64,000 nt of DNA from a bacterium (GTDB lineage: Bacteria > Patescibacteriota > Microgenomatia > Curtissbacterales > GWA2-41-24), in contig JAKAJD010000001.1 of NCBI GenBank assembly GCA_021813945.1, forward strand, positions 73,744-137,743, read 5' to 3'. The notes beneath the pieces are model-generated. The model had not been told where the DNA came from. It saw only the letters and a list, made by a program, of their open reading frames with translations, and searched no databases. Shown here piece by piece: positions 1 through 10,277 of the stretch. How positions within the stretch are numbered: the stretch's first letter is position 1; each line of letters begins with the position of its first letter. Position numbers and translations under genes: made by a program.

Positions 1-79
1 TCACGAAAACGTATCAATAACTAGATTTTTAGGGATTGCAATTATGCTTGTTGGCATATTCGTGGTAGCCCGTTCTTAA
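1..79 (+). CDS. 3' end of an EamA/SMR-like (ArnE/ArnF-type) small membrane transporter, partial
   Basis: Frame from nt 2 reads HENVSITRFLGIAIMLVGIFVVARS*, matching the typical 'E.vs..r.lGi.lii.Gv.lv.rs' C-terminus of EamA/ArnEF proteins; not in the ORF track. Confidence 0.6.
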   Translation, partial: HENVSITRFLGIAIMLVGIFVVARS

Positions 80-90
80 CAAACCCCTTT

Positions 91-1014
91 ATGGATAAAG
101 TTCTCATAACAGGTGGATCTGGGTTTATAGGTTCTAATCTAGCCAATTATTTGTATGACCTTGGAACAAAAGTTTATGTAATAGACGATTTATCCAAAGG
201 GAAAAAAGAATATTTAAAAAAAGGTATTCAATTAGAAGTAACAGACATCGCTTCAAACAAAGCAATCGACTTTATCAAGAAGGTTAAACCAGAATTCATT
301 GTCCACTTAGCTGCGCAATCGAATCAAGAAATATCATTTAAGAATCCGAAAGCTGATTTAGAAAAAAACTTCTTTCCCATTGCAAAAATCACTGAGGTGG
401 CTTCTCAAATCAAAGTCAAAAAATTTGTTTTTTCCTCCTCGGCAGCAATTTATGCAGAAACAGAAAATGTTCCGATAGACGAGTTGTCGAAAAAAGAGCC
501 AACATCCCCCTACGGGGTCAGTAAGCTTTGCTCGGAATATTATCTTAACTTTGCGGGCAAACACTATAACTTGCCATATATTACTCTAAGATTTTCAAAT
601 GTTTACGGAGAAAATCAAGATTCGACCGCAGAAGGAGGTGTGGTTGCAATTTTTATCCTAAAAGCCATAAAAGGTGAAAAAATAACAATTTTCGGCAGTG
701 GTGAGCAAACCAGGGATTTTATATATGTAAAAGACGTCATCGATCTAATATATAGGTCTATGAATTCTCAACTTAAGGGGGAATTTAACGTCGGAACATC
801 CAGGGAGACATCTATTAATACATTATCAAATCTTATATTAAAAATTACGAATAAAAAACTTTCTGTTCAGTACGAAAAAAATCGGAACTTTGGCGTAAAG
901 CGAAACGCCCTTTCCAATCAAAAAATCTATCGGCATCTAAATTGGAAGCCTAAAATCTCCCTAGAGACTGGTTTAAATTTAACGGCAAATTTTTTTAAGG
1001 TTAGATCATCGTGA
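91..1014 (+). CDS. NAD-dependent epimerase/dehydratase (UDP-glucose 4-epimerase-like SDR)
   Basis: TGGSGFIG, SSSAAIY, PYGVSK (YxxxK), LRFSNVYG, QTRDFIYV. Confidence 0.9.
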   Translation: MDKVLITGGSGFIGSNLANYLYDLGTKVYVIDDLSKGKKEYLKKGIQLEVTDIASNKAIDFIKKVKPEFIVHLAAQSNQEISFKNPKADLEKNFFPIAKITEVASQIKVKKFVFSSSAAIYAETENVPIDELSKKEPTSPYGVSKLCSEYYLNFAGKHYNLPYITLRFSNVYGENQDSTAEGGVVAIFILKAIKGEKITIFGSGEQTRDFIYVKDVIDLIYRSMNSQLKGEFNVGTSRETSINTLSNLILKITNKKLSVQYEKNRNFGVKRNALSNQKIYRHLNWKPKISLETGLNLTANFFKVRSS

Positions 1015-1700
1015 AGGTTTTAATAATTATTCCCGCCTATAATGAACAAAAATCGATAGGAGATGTCTTAGACCGCCTAATAAAAGTAAGACTAGAAGGT
1101 GCCGAAAGGGAAATTATAGTAGTCAACGATGGTTCTACAGACAGAACTGCCAAGGAGGTATCAAAAAGAAATGTACCAATTCTAAATCATGTAATAAATA
1201 GAGGACTCGGCGGTGCTCTTCAAACAGGGTTTGAATATGCCAGGAGAGTTAAACCTGACTACATAGTGACAATCGACTCAGACGGTCAACACAATCCCCA
1301 AGACATAGAAAAACTGATAAAGCCGCTTTTAGGAGGTCACGCAGACGTTGTTATTGGATCACGTATGCTCCAGAATCAAAAAATGCCATTGGATCGAAAA
1401 ATAATAAATCACCTTGCAAATATAGTTACATTTTTGCTTTGGTCTATCTGGATAACCGACAGTCAATCCGGCTTAAGGGCTTTCACGATGAAAGCAGTCG
1501 AAAAAATTAACATCAAAACAAACAGGATGGAAGTTTCAAGCGAATTGATAAAGGAAATCGGCAAAAATCACCTAAGGGTGGCGGAAGTACCTATTAGCCC
1601 GATTTACACTACCTACTCTAGGAGCAAAGGGCAAAAAAATGCAAATGCATTAAATATTTTAGTAAAATTACTTATACATAAATTTGCAGACATAAAATGA
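1011..1700 (+). CDS. GT2 polyprenol-phosphate glycosyltransferase (DPM-synthase-like)
   Basis: IIIPAYNE, VVNDGSTD, NRGLG, DSDGQH, DSQSGLR. Confidence 0.9.
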   Translation: MKVLIIIPAYNEQKSIGDVLDRLIKVRLEGAEREIIVVNDGSTDRTAKEVSKRNVPILNHVINRGLGGALQTGFEYARRVKPDYIVTIDSDGQHNPQDIEKLIKPLLGGHADVVIGSRMLQNQKMPLDRKIINHLANIVTFLLWSIWITDSQSGLRAFTMKAVEKINIKTNRMEVSSELIKEIGKNHLRVAEVPISPIYTTYSRSKGQKNANALNILVKLLIHKFADIK

Positions 1701-2050
1701 TAATCACAAAGATACTGATCACAGGTTTTGTTATTTTTGCTCTTTCCAGAGTGATACTTCGCTTCAAGGAGGGTAAAATATCATTCGTTGGTTTGCTTGG
1801 TTGGCTTTTGCTTTGGGGAACTATAGAAGTTATTGTATGGGCCCCTAAAATAACAACTGATTTTGCCAAAATATTCGGAATTGGTAGAGGTGTAGACCTT
1901 ATAATCTATGGCTCAATCGTTTCTATTTTCTACCTTATTTTCAGAATTTACGTAAAATTCGAAGACATGGAAAGACAAATTACGGAAGTTGTAAAAGCAA
2001 TTGCTTTAAAAAAGGTATCCAATAAACCTGTCCAAAAATCTTCTAAATGA
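1697..2050 (+). CDS. DUF2304-family small membrane protein (usual partner of DPM-like GT2)
   Basis: 117 aa, 3 TM segments, GIGRGVD motif, coiled C-terminus, directly after a DPM-like GT2. Confidence 0.8.
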   Translation: MIITKILITGFVIFALSRVILRFKEGKISFVGLLGWLLLWGTIEVIVWAPKITTDFAKIFGIGRGVDLIIYGSIVSIFYLIFRIYVKFEDMERQITEVVKAIALKKVSNKPVQKSSK

Positions 2051-3174
2051 AAATTCTGCTAGTTACGGAATTTTTCCCTTCGGGGAATGATTTTAAATTT
2101 TCTGGAGGAGTAGAGGCAAGAACATTTTTTGTGGCCAAGCATCTATCTAAAAAGCATCAGGTTACAATCATAACTAGTCGTCTTTTTGGGACTCCAAAGG
2201 AAGAAATTAGGCTAGGGTTTAAAATAATAAGAGTTGGAAATTCGAGAAAGTACAAAGCCACGACAGGAAGCGTAATTAGTCGGTTAAAGTTTATATACGA
2301 TGTAATTCGAGAAGCCAAAAACAATTCATTTGATATAGTTGAAGGTACAAATTTTATCACGCACTTTATCGCCAAAAGGATATCAGTTCAGCAAAAAATT
2401 CCTGTAGTTTTTTGGTACCCAGATGTATGGGTTGGATCATGGATTAAAAATGCTGGCCTCACAGGAATTTTTGGCGAAATCTTAGAAAGGGTAAATATTT
2501 TATCTCAAGCTGATTGTTACATAGCAATTTCTCAAACAACGGCAAATAAATTAAAAAACAAAGTAAGTAACAAAGTAAATATAATCTACTGTGGTGTTGA
2601 TCAAAATGAATTTGTTGCTAAATACAAAAAGTTTCCTAATCCAACTCTCATTTGTGTTTCAAGACTAGCGAAGTATAAAAACACTAAAACTCTTATCTTT
2701 GCATTTGCATATCTCAGAAAAAAAATCAAAAATCTAAATCTTTTACTCGTAGGAAACGGACCCCAGAAAAAAGCTTTAGTTTCTTTATCTAAAGCTTTAA
2801 ATGTAGAAAACCATGTGAAATTTGTTTCTAACATCCCGAGAAAAGAATTAATCAAACTTTATAAATCGTCGCATGTATTTTCTCTACCGAGCCACGTAGA
2901 AGGTTTTGGAATTGCTACTATAGAAGCAGCTGAATCTGGTCTGCCTTATGTTAACAGTGATATAGAAATTCAACGGGAGATCACACAAAATTCGAAAGGT
3001 GGTTTTTTAGTAAATCCTAACGAACCGCTTATGTTTGCAGAAAAATTTGAAGATTTATTAAATAACAAGACCCTATATTCGAAAAAATCGCAAGAAGCAA
3101 AATTACTAGCCAAAAGTTATAGATGGGATCAAATAGCCAAGCAAACTGAATCAGTTTATAAATCTCTCTTATGA
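2047..3174 (+). CDS. GT4 glycosyltransferase
   Basis: GGVE N-terminus, VSRL..YK, EGFGIATIEA (EX7E). Confidence 0.9.
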   Translation: MKILLVTEFFPSGNDFKFSGGVEARTFFVAKHLSKKHQVTIITSRLFGTPKEEIRLGFKIIRVGNSRKYKATTGSVISRLKFIYDVIREAKNNSFDIVEGTNFITHFIAKRISVQQKIPVVFWYPDVWVGSWIKNAGLTGIFGEILERVNILSQADCYIAISQTTANKLKNKVSNKVNIIYCGVDQNEFVAKYKKFPNPTLICVSRLAKYKNTKTLIFAFAYLRKKIKNLNLLLVGNGPQKKALVSLSKALNVENHVKFVSNIPRKELIKLYKSSHVFSLPSHVEGFGIATIEAAESGLPYVNSDIEIQREITQNSKGGFLVNPNEPLMFAEKFEDLLNNKTLYSKKSQEAKLLAKSYRWDQIAKQTESVYKSLL

Positions 3175-4259
3175 AAATTGCAGTACTTATAGATACGTGG
3201 TTTCCTGCGGTTGGAGGGGGTCAAATAAATGCTTGGGAAATTTCTAGTAGACTCGCTCAAAATGGACAAATTATTGAAATTATTACAAGAAATTGCGGTG
3301 TAGATAATTACAAAGGTTCTAAATATCTGACGATAAGAAAACTTGGCAGATTGTCAAAGCCTACTGATGACATTGCCAGACTGAAATACCTTTTCGAATC
3401 CCTAATCTATTTAATTAAAAATGATTTTGATGTAGTTTTGGCTCATGCATTTTTGCCGGGACTAGTAGCAAAGATCTTTATGATTATCAAAGGGAAACCG
3501 GCGATTTTTATTGTGCATGGTACGTCTATTGATACTAATCTTTTAAAAGGGTTTAAGGCTTGGCTAGAAAAATTTATATCGACCCAGATAAAATATTCTG
3601 CCCAAATAACTGTATCTCGGGATTTTCTGAAAGTAAAAAACGTCAATGACAAGATTGAATATATTCCAAACGGAATAAATCCAATATTTTTTAAACAGCC
3701 AGTCGAGCTTAAAAAACGGGTAAAAAAACAATTACTTTTCGTTGGGCGACTTCACCCTCAAAAAAACCTAATTAACCTTATTGAAGCGATAAAAATCTTA
3801 AAAACAGAAAGCTTTCCTGTTGAACTGTTAATTGTTGGCGACGGCCCCCAAAAACGCCAGATAAAAGAGTTGATCAAAAAATACAATCTTGAAGATTTTG
3901 TAAAACTAGAAGGTCCAAAAACACCTAGTCAGCTTATTAACTACTACCTTGCTTCAACTGCCTTTATTCTGCCCTCGATTTATGAAGGTCAGGCACTAAC
4001 ACTTCTAGAAGCTTGGGCATGCAAATTGCCAGTTATTGTTTCAAAAACTGGCGATAATACTTATTTGGTGAAAGAAGGCAAGAACGGATATTTTATCCAA
4101 AATCAAGACGATCCAATAAGTATCAGCAAAGCTATTAAAAAAGCTTTAAACAATAATGAATTAGGCAAAATTGGCCAAAATGGTTTTCTTGATGTAAAAA
4201 ATTATTTTTCCTGGGATTATTCTGCACAACAAATCATAAAGTTATTAAAAAATTTATAA
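3171..4259 (+). CDS. GT4 glycosyltransferase
   Basis: FVGRLHPQKN, EGQALTLLEA. Confidence 0.9.
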   Translation: MKIAVLIDTWFPAVGGGQINAWEISSRLAQNGQIIEIITRNCGVDNYKGSKYLTIRKLGRLSKPTDDIARLKYLFESLIYLIKNDFDVVLAHAFLPGLVAKIFMIIKGKPAIFIVHGTSIDTNLLKGFKAWLEKFISTQIKYSAQITVSRDFLKVKNVNDKIEYIPNGINPIFFKQPVELKKRVKKQLLFVGRLHPQKNLINLIEAIKILKTESFPVELLIVGDGPQKRQIKELIKKYNLEDFVKLEGPKTPSQLINYYLASTAFILPSIYEGQALTLLEAWACKLPVIVSKTGDNTYLVKEGKNGYFIQNQDDPISISKAIKKALNNNELGKIGQNGFLDVKNYFSWDYSAQQIIKLLKNL

Positions 4260-4261
4260 CT

Positions 4262-5038
4262 ATGGTACAGGCTCCACTAACACCTTCAAGATACGACTCA
4301 ACAGAATTTCTAAAAAAAAGGTTACAACCTATTTTAAAGAGGAATCAAAAAATTATGGATGTTGGTTGTGGTAAATTATTTTTTCTGGATTTTATATTGA
4401 AAACTAAAAAAAAGATAAATTATTTTGGAATAGACATAAGCCCGAAAACAAATATTAAATTCAAAAAAAATATTAAAGGCAAAATAGTAAAAAAAAGCAT
4501 TTTATCTTTTAATTCAAATAAAAAATTCGATTTAATTGTTTGTTTATGGGTATTAGAGCATATCGAGAATGATATGATCGCACAAAAAATAATGATCAAG
4601 CATTTAAAAAGTAACGGTTATCTTATTATCGCAGTGCCGAGCATATGGACCTGGCCTTTTGAGTTCGGCAGACACGGTTTCCATTATTATTCCTTAGAAG
4701 CAATAAAAAAAATTTCCACAAAAGAAGGCCTCGCCATAAAAGAAACATACAGGGCGGGTGGTCTATTTGGCTTACTTTTTACACTGGCATATAATTGGCC
4801 AAGATTTGTCATTTTAGTTGTGTGTTTTCCTGTATATAAATTTCTTTCATCAACAAAAATCATTTCAACTCCTTGGTCAGAATTTTCAAAAAAAGTTATA
4901 GATTCAACCTGGTATAGATATCATAAGAATCCACAATTAGTTAATTTGCATAATCGGATTGTTAAGGCAATTGTTAGACTAGATAATAGGATAAAAATTT
5001 TTCCGCAAAGTTACATTATAATATTCCAGAAGCCATGA
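4262..5038 (+). CDS. Class I SAM-dependent methyltransferase
   Basis: MDVGCG, FDLIVCLWVLEHI. Confidence 0.85.
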   Translation: MVQAPLTPSRYDSTEFLKKRLQPILKRNQKIMDVGCGKLFFLDFILKTKKKINYFGIDISPKTNIKFKKNIKGKIVKKSILSFNSNKKFDLIVCLWVLEHIENDMIAQKIMIKHLKSNGYLIIAVPSIWTWPFEFGRHGFHYYSLEAIKKISTKEGLAIKETYRAGGLFGLLFTLAYNWPRFVILVVCFPVYKFLSSTKIISTPWSEFSKKVIDSTWYRYHKNPQLVNLHNRIVKAIVRLDNRIKIFPQSYIIIFQKP

Positions 5039-5838
5039 AAGGACCTAAAATTAGTGTCATTTTGTCAGTTTATAATGGCATGCCCTTTCTAAAATATGCT
5101 GTAGAAAGCATCCTTAAACAAACATATAGCAACTTTGAATTCATTATAGTTAACGACGCATCAAATGACGGAACTTTAAAATATCTCAAGAGCTTAAAAG
5201 ACAAGCGCATCAAAATTATCACTAATCAAAAAAATCTCGGCCTTGCGGCTTCTTTAAACAAAGCACTTTCAATCGCGAAAGGAGAATATATTGCTCGTAT
5301 GGATGCGGATGATATAAGTCTTCCAAACAGGTTTAAAACTCAAGTTGAATATCTACGCGCAAATCCTGAAGTCAGCCTCTGTGGCTGCTGGGTTGATCTT
5401 ATAGACAAGAATGGAAAAGTCATTGGAGAAAAAAGATATCCTGCAAATGACTTAGAATTAAAAAACGCCCTCAAATGGTATCAGCCAATTGTTCACCCAA
5501 CTTTTATGGCAACAAAGAAATTCTATAAAAGTTTAAATGGATATGACACTCAGTTTGATTATGCGGAAGATTATGAACTCTTATCAAGGGCAATCAAAAA
5601 TAATAAATTTGCAAACATCCCATCGAAATTATTTTTATGGAGGCTAGCAAATGATAGGAGATCAAGAAGATATATGAGAAACATAGATATTGCTGACTAT
5701 AAAGTAAAACTTAAAATCCTAAAAGAAAATTACTTTGGAAAATTGTATATCCTATATGTATTTAAAAAATTCATCACAACCTTTTTAATCCCTATTGAGT
5801 TAAAAATGTTTATCGCAAAAAAATTTAAACTTGCGTGA
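5035..5838 (+). CDS. GT2 glycosyltransferase
   Basis: SVILSVYN, NDASND, ARMDADD, AEDY. Confidence 0.9.
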   Translation: MKGPKISVILSVYNGMPFLKYAVESILKQTYSNFEFIIVNDASNDGTLKYLKSLKDKRIKIITNQKNLGLAASLNKALSIAKGEYIARMDADDISLPNRFKTQVEYLRANPEVSLCGCWVDLIDKNGKVIGEKRYPANDLELKNALKWYQPIVHPTFMATKKFYKSLNGYDTQFDYAEDYELLSRAIKNNKFANIPSKLFLWRLANDRRSRRYMRNIDIADYKVKLKILKENYFGKLYILYVFKKFITTFLIPIELKMFIAKKFKLA

Positions 5839-7391
5839 AGTCAAAGCTTAAAATTAGAAAAACGCTAGCTCAACATTACGATTTAATCATTGGTTTTCTA
5901 CTTTTCATATCTTACCGGCTTTTTTTCACTTGGATTTTATGGCATGGCCGACATGTTCCACCAGAACCAGACGACTCTTATTATTATCTGGCAAACGCAA
6001 AACATTTTCTAACTATCGACACATTCGAAAGGTTTAGATTGCTACCCTTTTCGCTTTGGTTGAATTTACTGAGCATTTTTACCAAGTTCAATTTAGAAAC
6101 GGCATATCAGTTAAATTTTTATCTTGGGCCAATAATAATGTTTGCGGCGATCTATTATTTTGTCCACGAACTAGAAAATAGCCGCATTATCCGCCTACTT
6201 CTGTTAGTCATAGTTGGGCTGTATTCTGGCAGTGGTGATTATCATGGTTTCTATTGGGTAGTTGAAAGTTTTTATCAGCTTGCAGTCTTTTTTATAATTT
6301 TTGGCATACTGATAAGGGATCAGAAAATAAAAGTACGTTGGTTATTGCCTATCTGCTTCTTGTTTATTTTTATTCATCCAACAAGCGCTTTTTTGTCAGC
6401 AATTTTTATACTTTATCCAATATTCCTTTTCTTGCTGGCAAAAACAGATTCAACGAGAGCTTTTAAAAATTCATTTCTGCTAATCATTAGTTTAGGAATT
6501 CCATTCCTCGTATATTTAATCCTAAGCAAAGCTTACCCAAGTGCAAATAGTCCACAGTCAATAGATATTCAAACTCGTTTAATAAGAGAATTCTTCTTAG
6601 GAAGATTAAGTCCCATTAGTTTTTCCGTAATTTGGCAAAATTATTTTGCAATATTTTTTATAAATATTGGCACAATAGTGATATATTTTGCTATGTTTGC
6701 ATTAGCTTATTATCAAAGAAAATTTAAACTTCTCGCAATATTTTTTTCAATTTCTGTGGTTGTTTTGCTTTCATCGTTTATACCTTATGGCTCAAGGACT
6801 TTAAATTTCCTTTGGCCCACAACATTCTTCTTAATAGCTTATTTTTTAGTAGGAATTTGGAGAGTGCTGGAAAAAACTAATTCTAGATTAAAATTAAGAT
6901 ATCTTACTATGTTACCCGTGGCAGCACTATTTTTTATAGTGACTATATTTAACATAATTTCAGTTTCTGCCGAAAACGGGGCAAAAAACTATAATTGGTA
7001 TAGACCCTGTATAAGTCAAGCTCAAAATTTTAACTTATACTTTACTTCCCACGAATCAATGAATGCCTTTTCGCTTTACCAAGACAGTGAAAAAAATCTG
7101 CATTTTTTATCTATAGAGGCGTTGAATAGCTTGTCAAACTCTGAAAATTTGTTAATAGAAACAAAAAACGAAAACTTAAAACCGCAGCCATTAAACGGAA
7201 TTGAAGAATATTTAACAAGCAGAATCACGCGCAGGAGCGCTCTTGGCAATGTTCAGTATCCACAAAATGCATGGACGACACCAGCAGCGGATCTGGAATC
7301 TATAAAGGAATTCTTAGATAAAAAAAACCTAGAACTTGAAAGCTATCTAGATTGCGGTCACTTTAAAACCTCAATTATCAAAACGTTATGA
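5835..7391 (+). CDS. Multi-pass membrane protein, putative GT-C glycosyltransferase
   Basis: About 11-12 TM segments, acidic first-loop motif PEPDDSYYY, soluble C-terminal domain. Confidence 0.6.
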   Translation: MKSKLKIRKTLAQHYDLIIGFLLFISYRLFFTWILWHGRHVPPEPDDSYYYLANAKHFLTIDTFERFRLLPFSLWLNLLSIFTKFNLETAYQLNFYLGPIIMFAAIYYFVHELENSRIIRLLLLVIVGLYSGSGDYHGFYWVVESFYQLAVFFIIFGILIRDQKIKVRWLLPICFLFIFIHPTSAFLSAIFILYPIFLFLLAKTDSTRAFKNSFLLIISLGIPFLVYLILSKAYPSANSPQSIDIQTRLIREFFLGRLSPISFSVIWQNYFAIFFINIGTIVIYFAMFALAYYQRKFKLLAIFFSISVVVLLSSFIPYGSRTLNFLWPTTFFLIAYFLVGIWRVLEKTNSRLKLRYLTMLPVAALFFIVTIFNIISVSAENGAKNYNWYRPCISQAQNFNLYFTSHESMNAFSLYQDSEKNLHFLSIEALNSLSNSENLLIETKNENLKPQPLNGIEEYLTSRITRRSALGNVQYPQNAWTTPAADLESIKEFLDKKNLELESYLDCGHFKTSIIKTL

Positions 7392-8506
7392 AGATTTGCT
7401 CTCCTCAACTAGGCCTTAACCCTAAATCCAATCTTGGAGGAGAAATTCACGACCATTTTGTTATTCACAACCTTGCAAAAAGAGGTCATAAAATTTTTGT
7501 TTATTTGCCAAAAGGAAGAAACTATCAAAAAAACCCGAACATTATTATAAAACGAGCGCCAATAAAGCACATACCGGCGTTTATATTTAATTTGCTTATA
7601 ATCCCTTATTTATTCAAAGCCTACAAAGAGGAAAAATTCGATATTTTACGTGTTCACAACCCATATTTTGTTGGTTTGGGAGCGATAGTTTTTAAGTTCT
7701 TCTATCCCAATGTGCCTGTCATTGCAACGTATCATCTTGAAGAAAAGTCACCAATATTTACATTAATCAATAAACTAACCATAAATAGGTACGACAAGAT
7801 TATTTGTGTCAGCAATTATTTAAAGAATTGGCTTATGAATGATTACAATGTGGAAAGTAAAAAAATTAGTGTTATATACAATGGAGTAGATCCTAATATA
7901 AGGCCTGCAGCAAAAAATGGGAACTTTCTAAAAAAATATAATCTTGGCGGAAAATTTACGATCCTTTTCATGGGCTTATTAATTCCAAGAAAAAACCCTT
8001 TATTCCTAATTAAAGTTTTCAAGCAACTAAAAAAGAATCACAGAAATGTGTCATTAATGATTTGCGGTTCCGGTCCTTTAAAAAATCAAATACGTGAATT
8101 TATTAAAAAAAATATGCTTACCGATGTGCATTTAATAGATTCCATCTATGGTCAGGAGAAGAAAGAAATTTTTAACCTTTGCGATGTTTTTGCGCTACCC
8201 AGCCTTAACGAAGGTTTCGGACTAGTAGTTGCCGAGGCAATGGCATGTGCCAAACCTGTTGTTGTTGCAGACAATTCATCCCTTGTTGAGTTAGTTACTG
8301 ATGGTAAAGAAGGTTACACCTTAAATTATAATATTAATGCATGGGTTAACAAATTCACATCACTTATAAAAAACAAGGACTTAAGATTGAGCATCGGCCT
8401 GAGTGCTTCGTCTAAGGTCAAAAAGCAATTTAATTGGCAAATATCAACACAAATGTATGAAAGCGTTCTGTTAAGCTTGAAAGATGAGAATCCACCCCAG
8501 AATTAA
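7388..8506 (+). CDS. GT4 glycosyltransferase
   Basis: GGE, YNGVD, EGFGLVVAEAM. Confidence 0.9.
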   Translation: MKICSPQLGLNPKSNLGGEIHDHFVIHNLAKRGHKIFVYLPKGRNYQKNPNIIIKRAPIKHIPAFIFNLLIIPYLFKAYKEEKFDILRVHNPYFVGLGAIVFKFFYPNVPVIATYHLEEKSPIFTLINKLTINRYDKIICVSNYLKNWLMNDYNVESKKISVIYNGVDPNIRPAAKNGNFLKKYNLGGKFTILFMGLLIPRKNPLFLIKVFKQLKKNHRNVSLMICGSGPLKNQIREFIKKNMLTDVHLIDSIYGQEKKEIFNLCDVFALPSLNEGFGLVVAEAMACAKPVVVADNSSLVELVTDGKEGYTLNYNINAWVNKFTSLIKNKDLRLSIGLSASSKVKKQFNWQISTQMYESVLLSLKDENPPQN

Positions 8507-10250
8507 TATCCTAATAGTTGTAGCGTTACTAGTAGGCTTTATTTACTTCTTGCCTCACTTAATTTTTTACAGTTTTAGTTTAAATAGAGGTGTATATTAT
8601 CCACTTAATTTTTCTGAGCTGGCATATGCATCCCAGGTAAAGGAAATAACAGAAGGCCATCTTTCCGTAGGCGACTCTCAAATTTTTGAATATAAAAATA
8701 TCTTTCCGCCCATCTATCCGTATGTACCTATTTTTACACTTGCGGCAATGGCATTATCTTCTGGATCAATTGCAAGTGCTTTCGTTATTAGCGATTTTGT
8801 TTTTCCGGCATTAATATTTTTAATGATTTACTTATTTTCAAAAAAAATAACAAAAAATTCTGAATTTTCAACCTTTAATGGTTTGGCAACAGTATTTTTA
8901 TACTCAATAACTACAAATATTCCTCCCATTACGCCTTACCTCATAAGTCAGTTTTTCAAAAAACTTCTCATTACCGATATAACAATGCCGCTTCAATTTT
9001 CAAGAACACCTAACCCGCAAATCAGTTTCATTTTCCTCTTGATACCATTATTCACTCTGTATTTTTATCTCCTTAGGCCGAGCGTTAGAAAATTAATAAT
9101 AATCACAATATTTGGAGCATTACTATTCAGCACCTACTTTTATCATGCAACCTTTTTTTATTTTACAATGCTTATTATTTTTGTAATTAGCTTATTCAGA
9201 AAGCAGTGGGATCAATCAAAACAGCTTATATTGTGCCTATCTGTTTTAACAGTCATCGCCTTACTTTATAGGCATTTGTCTTCGCAAGCACCCTATTCTT
9301 ATTCACAGATAATGGCAGGGTATTTTAATATAAAATACCCTGACTGGATTTTCAGTTTAAGATACCTTTCTATTTCAATAATCGTCTATTTTCTTGTTAG
9401 AGTTAAAAATGCCTCACTTTTAATATTTGCAACAGCCGTTGTTTTATCATCAATTGTGTGCATGAATTTTCAATTATTTTTTGGCTGGACAATTTCTCCG
9501 GGGCATTGGCCGCAAACAACCATTGAACCGGTTATATTAATTATCTTTCTGATAGCCCTCCATCAATATCTTGTAAACAAAGTATCTCTCGGCAAATTGT
9601 ATGTTATCTTAAGCATTTTAATATTAGCTCACGCTCTTATTTTCCAGCTTAAGTTTGCGGATAAGTTTATAAATAATGTTGTTATTTCCAATGATAAATA
9701 TGCGGCAATTACGTGGCTTAAAAATCATGCAGATAAAAATTCGGTGGTTTTATCACTCGACGTAGAAAAATTTCAGTCCTATATCACTGTGCTAACGAAT
9801 GCAAATAATTTTGTTCCTATTTACTCTTATCATTATGCTTCTTTGGACGAAATATGGATGCGAAATTTATATGCATATAAAATCTATTCGCTTGATATGT
9901 CAAATATAAAATTTGAGAGTTTAAAACCCGCCATTTATTCTTTTGGTGAAGCTTTTAACATAAATAAATATAAACATTACTCTTTAAACGAATACCCTCA
10001 GGAATATATTGCAAAAATGCAAAATTGTTTTCCTAGTATTTGCGCCGGATACTATGTGATTCCCAAAACTATTATGTCCTACTACAAATCGGTTTATCAA
10101 AATTTAAATTTAAGAGATATGCCTTATAAACTGGATTTTGTTGTCTATGGGGATTATGAAAGGAGAATAGGAGCCTCTCCTCCCAAAGGAGATATAGTTT
10201 ACACTTCAGGGGCTACAAGCATTTATAAAATGCCTAGCGATTTGCATTAG
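8484..10250 (+). CDS. Multi-pass membrane protein, putative GT-C (STT3/AglB-like architecture, no WWDYG)
   Basis: About 12 TM segments, ELAY in the first loop, WLKNHADKNSVVLS at the start of the C-terminal domain. Confidence 0.55.
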   Translation: MRIHPRINILIVVALLVGFIYFLPHLIFYSFSLNRGVYYPLNFSELAYASQVKEITEGHLSVGDSQIFEYKNIFPPIYPYVPIFTLAAMALSSGSIASAFVISDFVFPALIFLMIYLFSKKITKNSEFSTFNGLATVFLYSITTNIPPITPYLISQFFKKLLITDITMPLQFSRTPNPQISFIFLLIPLFTLYFYLLRPSVRKLIIITIFGALLFSTYFYHATFFYFTMLIIFVISLFRKQWDQSKQLILCLSVLTVIALLYRHLSSQAPYSYSQIMAGYFNIKYPDWIFSLRYLSISIIVYFLVRVKNASLLIFATAVVLSSIVCMNFQLFFGWTISPGHWPQTTIEPVILIIFLIALHQYLVNKVSLGKLYVILSILILAHALIFQLKFADKFINNVVISNDKYAAITWLKNHADKNSVVLSLDVEKFQSYITVLTNANNFVPIYSYHYASLDEIWMRNLYAYKIYSLDMSNIKFESLKPAIYSFGEAFNINKYKHYSLNEYPQEYIAKMQNCFPSICAGYYVIPKTIMSYYKSVYQNLNLRDMPYKLDFVVYGDYERRIGASPPKGDIVYTSGATSIYKMPSDLH

Positions 10251-10270
10251 ATTTTGCCTGAAGCTATTAT
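10242..10270 (+). promoter_or_regulatory. sigma70-like promoter (leaderless type)
   Basis: TTGCAT-17nt-TATTAT, 7 nt before ATG 10278. Confidence 0.55.
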
Positions 10271-10277
10271 CAGTGGA

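Noticed and set aside
5835-10250. Calling these true STT3/AglB/PglB N-oligosaccharyltransferases
   Set aside because: No WWDYG motif is present, and only partial architectural resemblance is visible.
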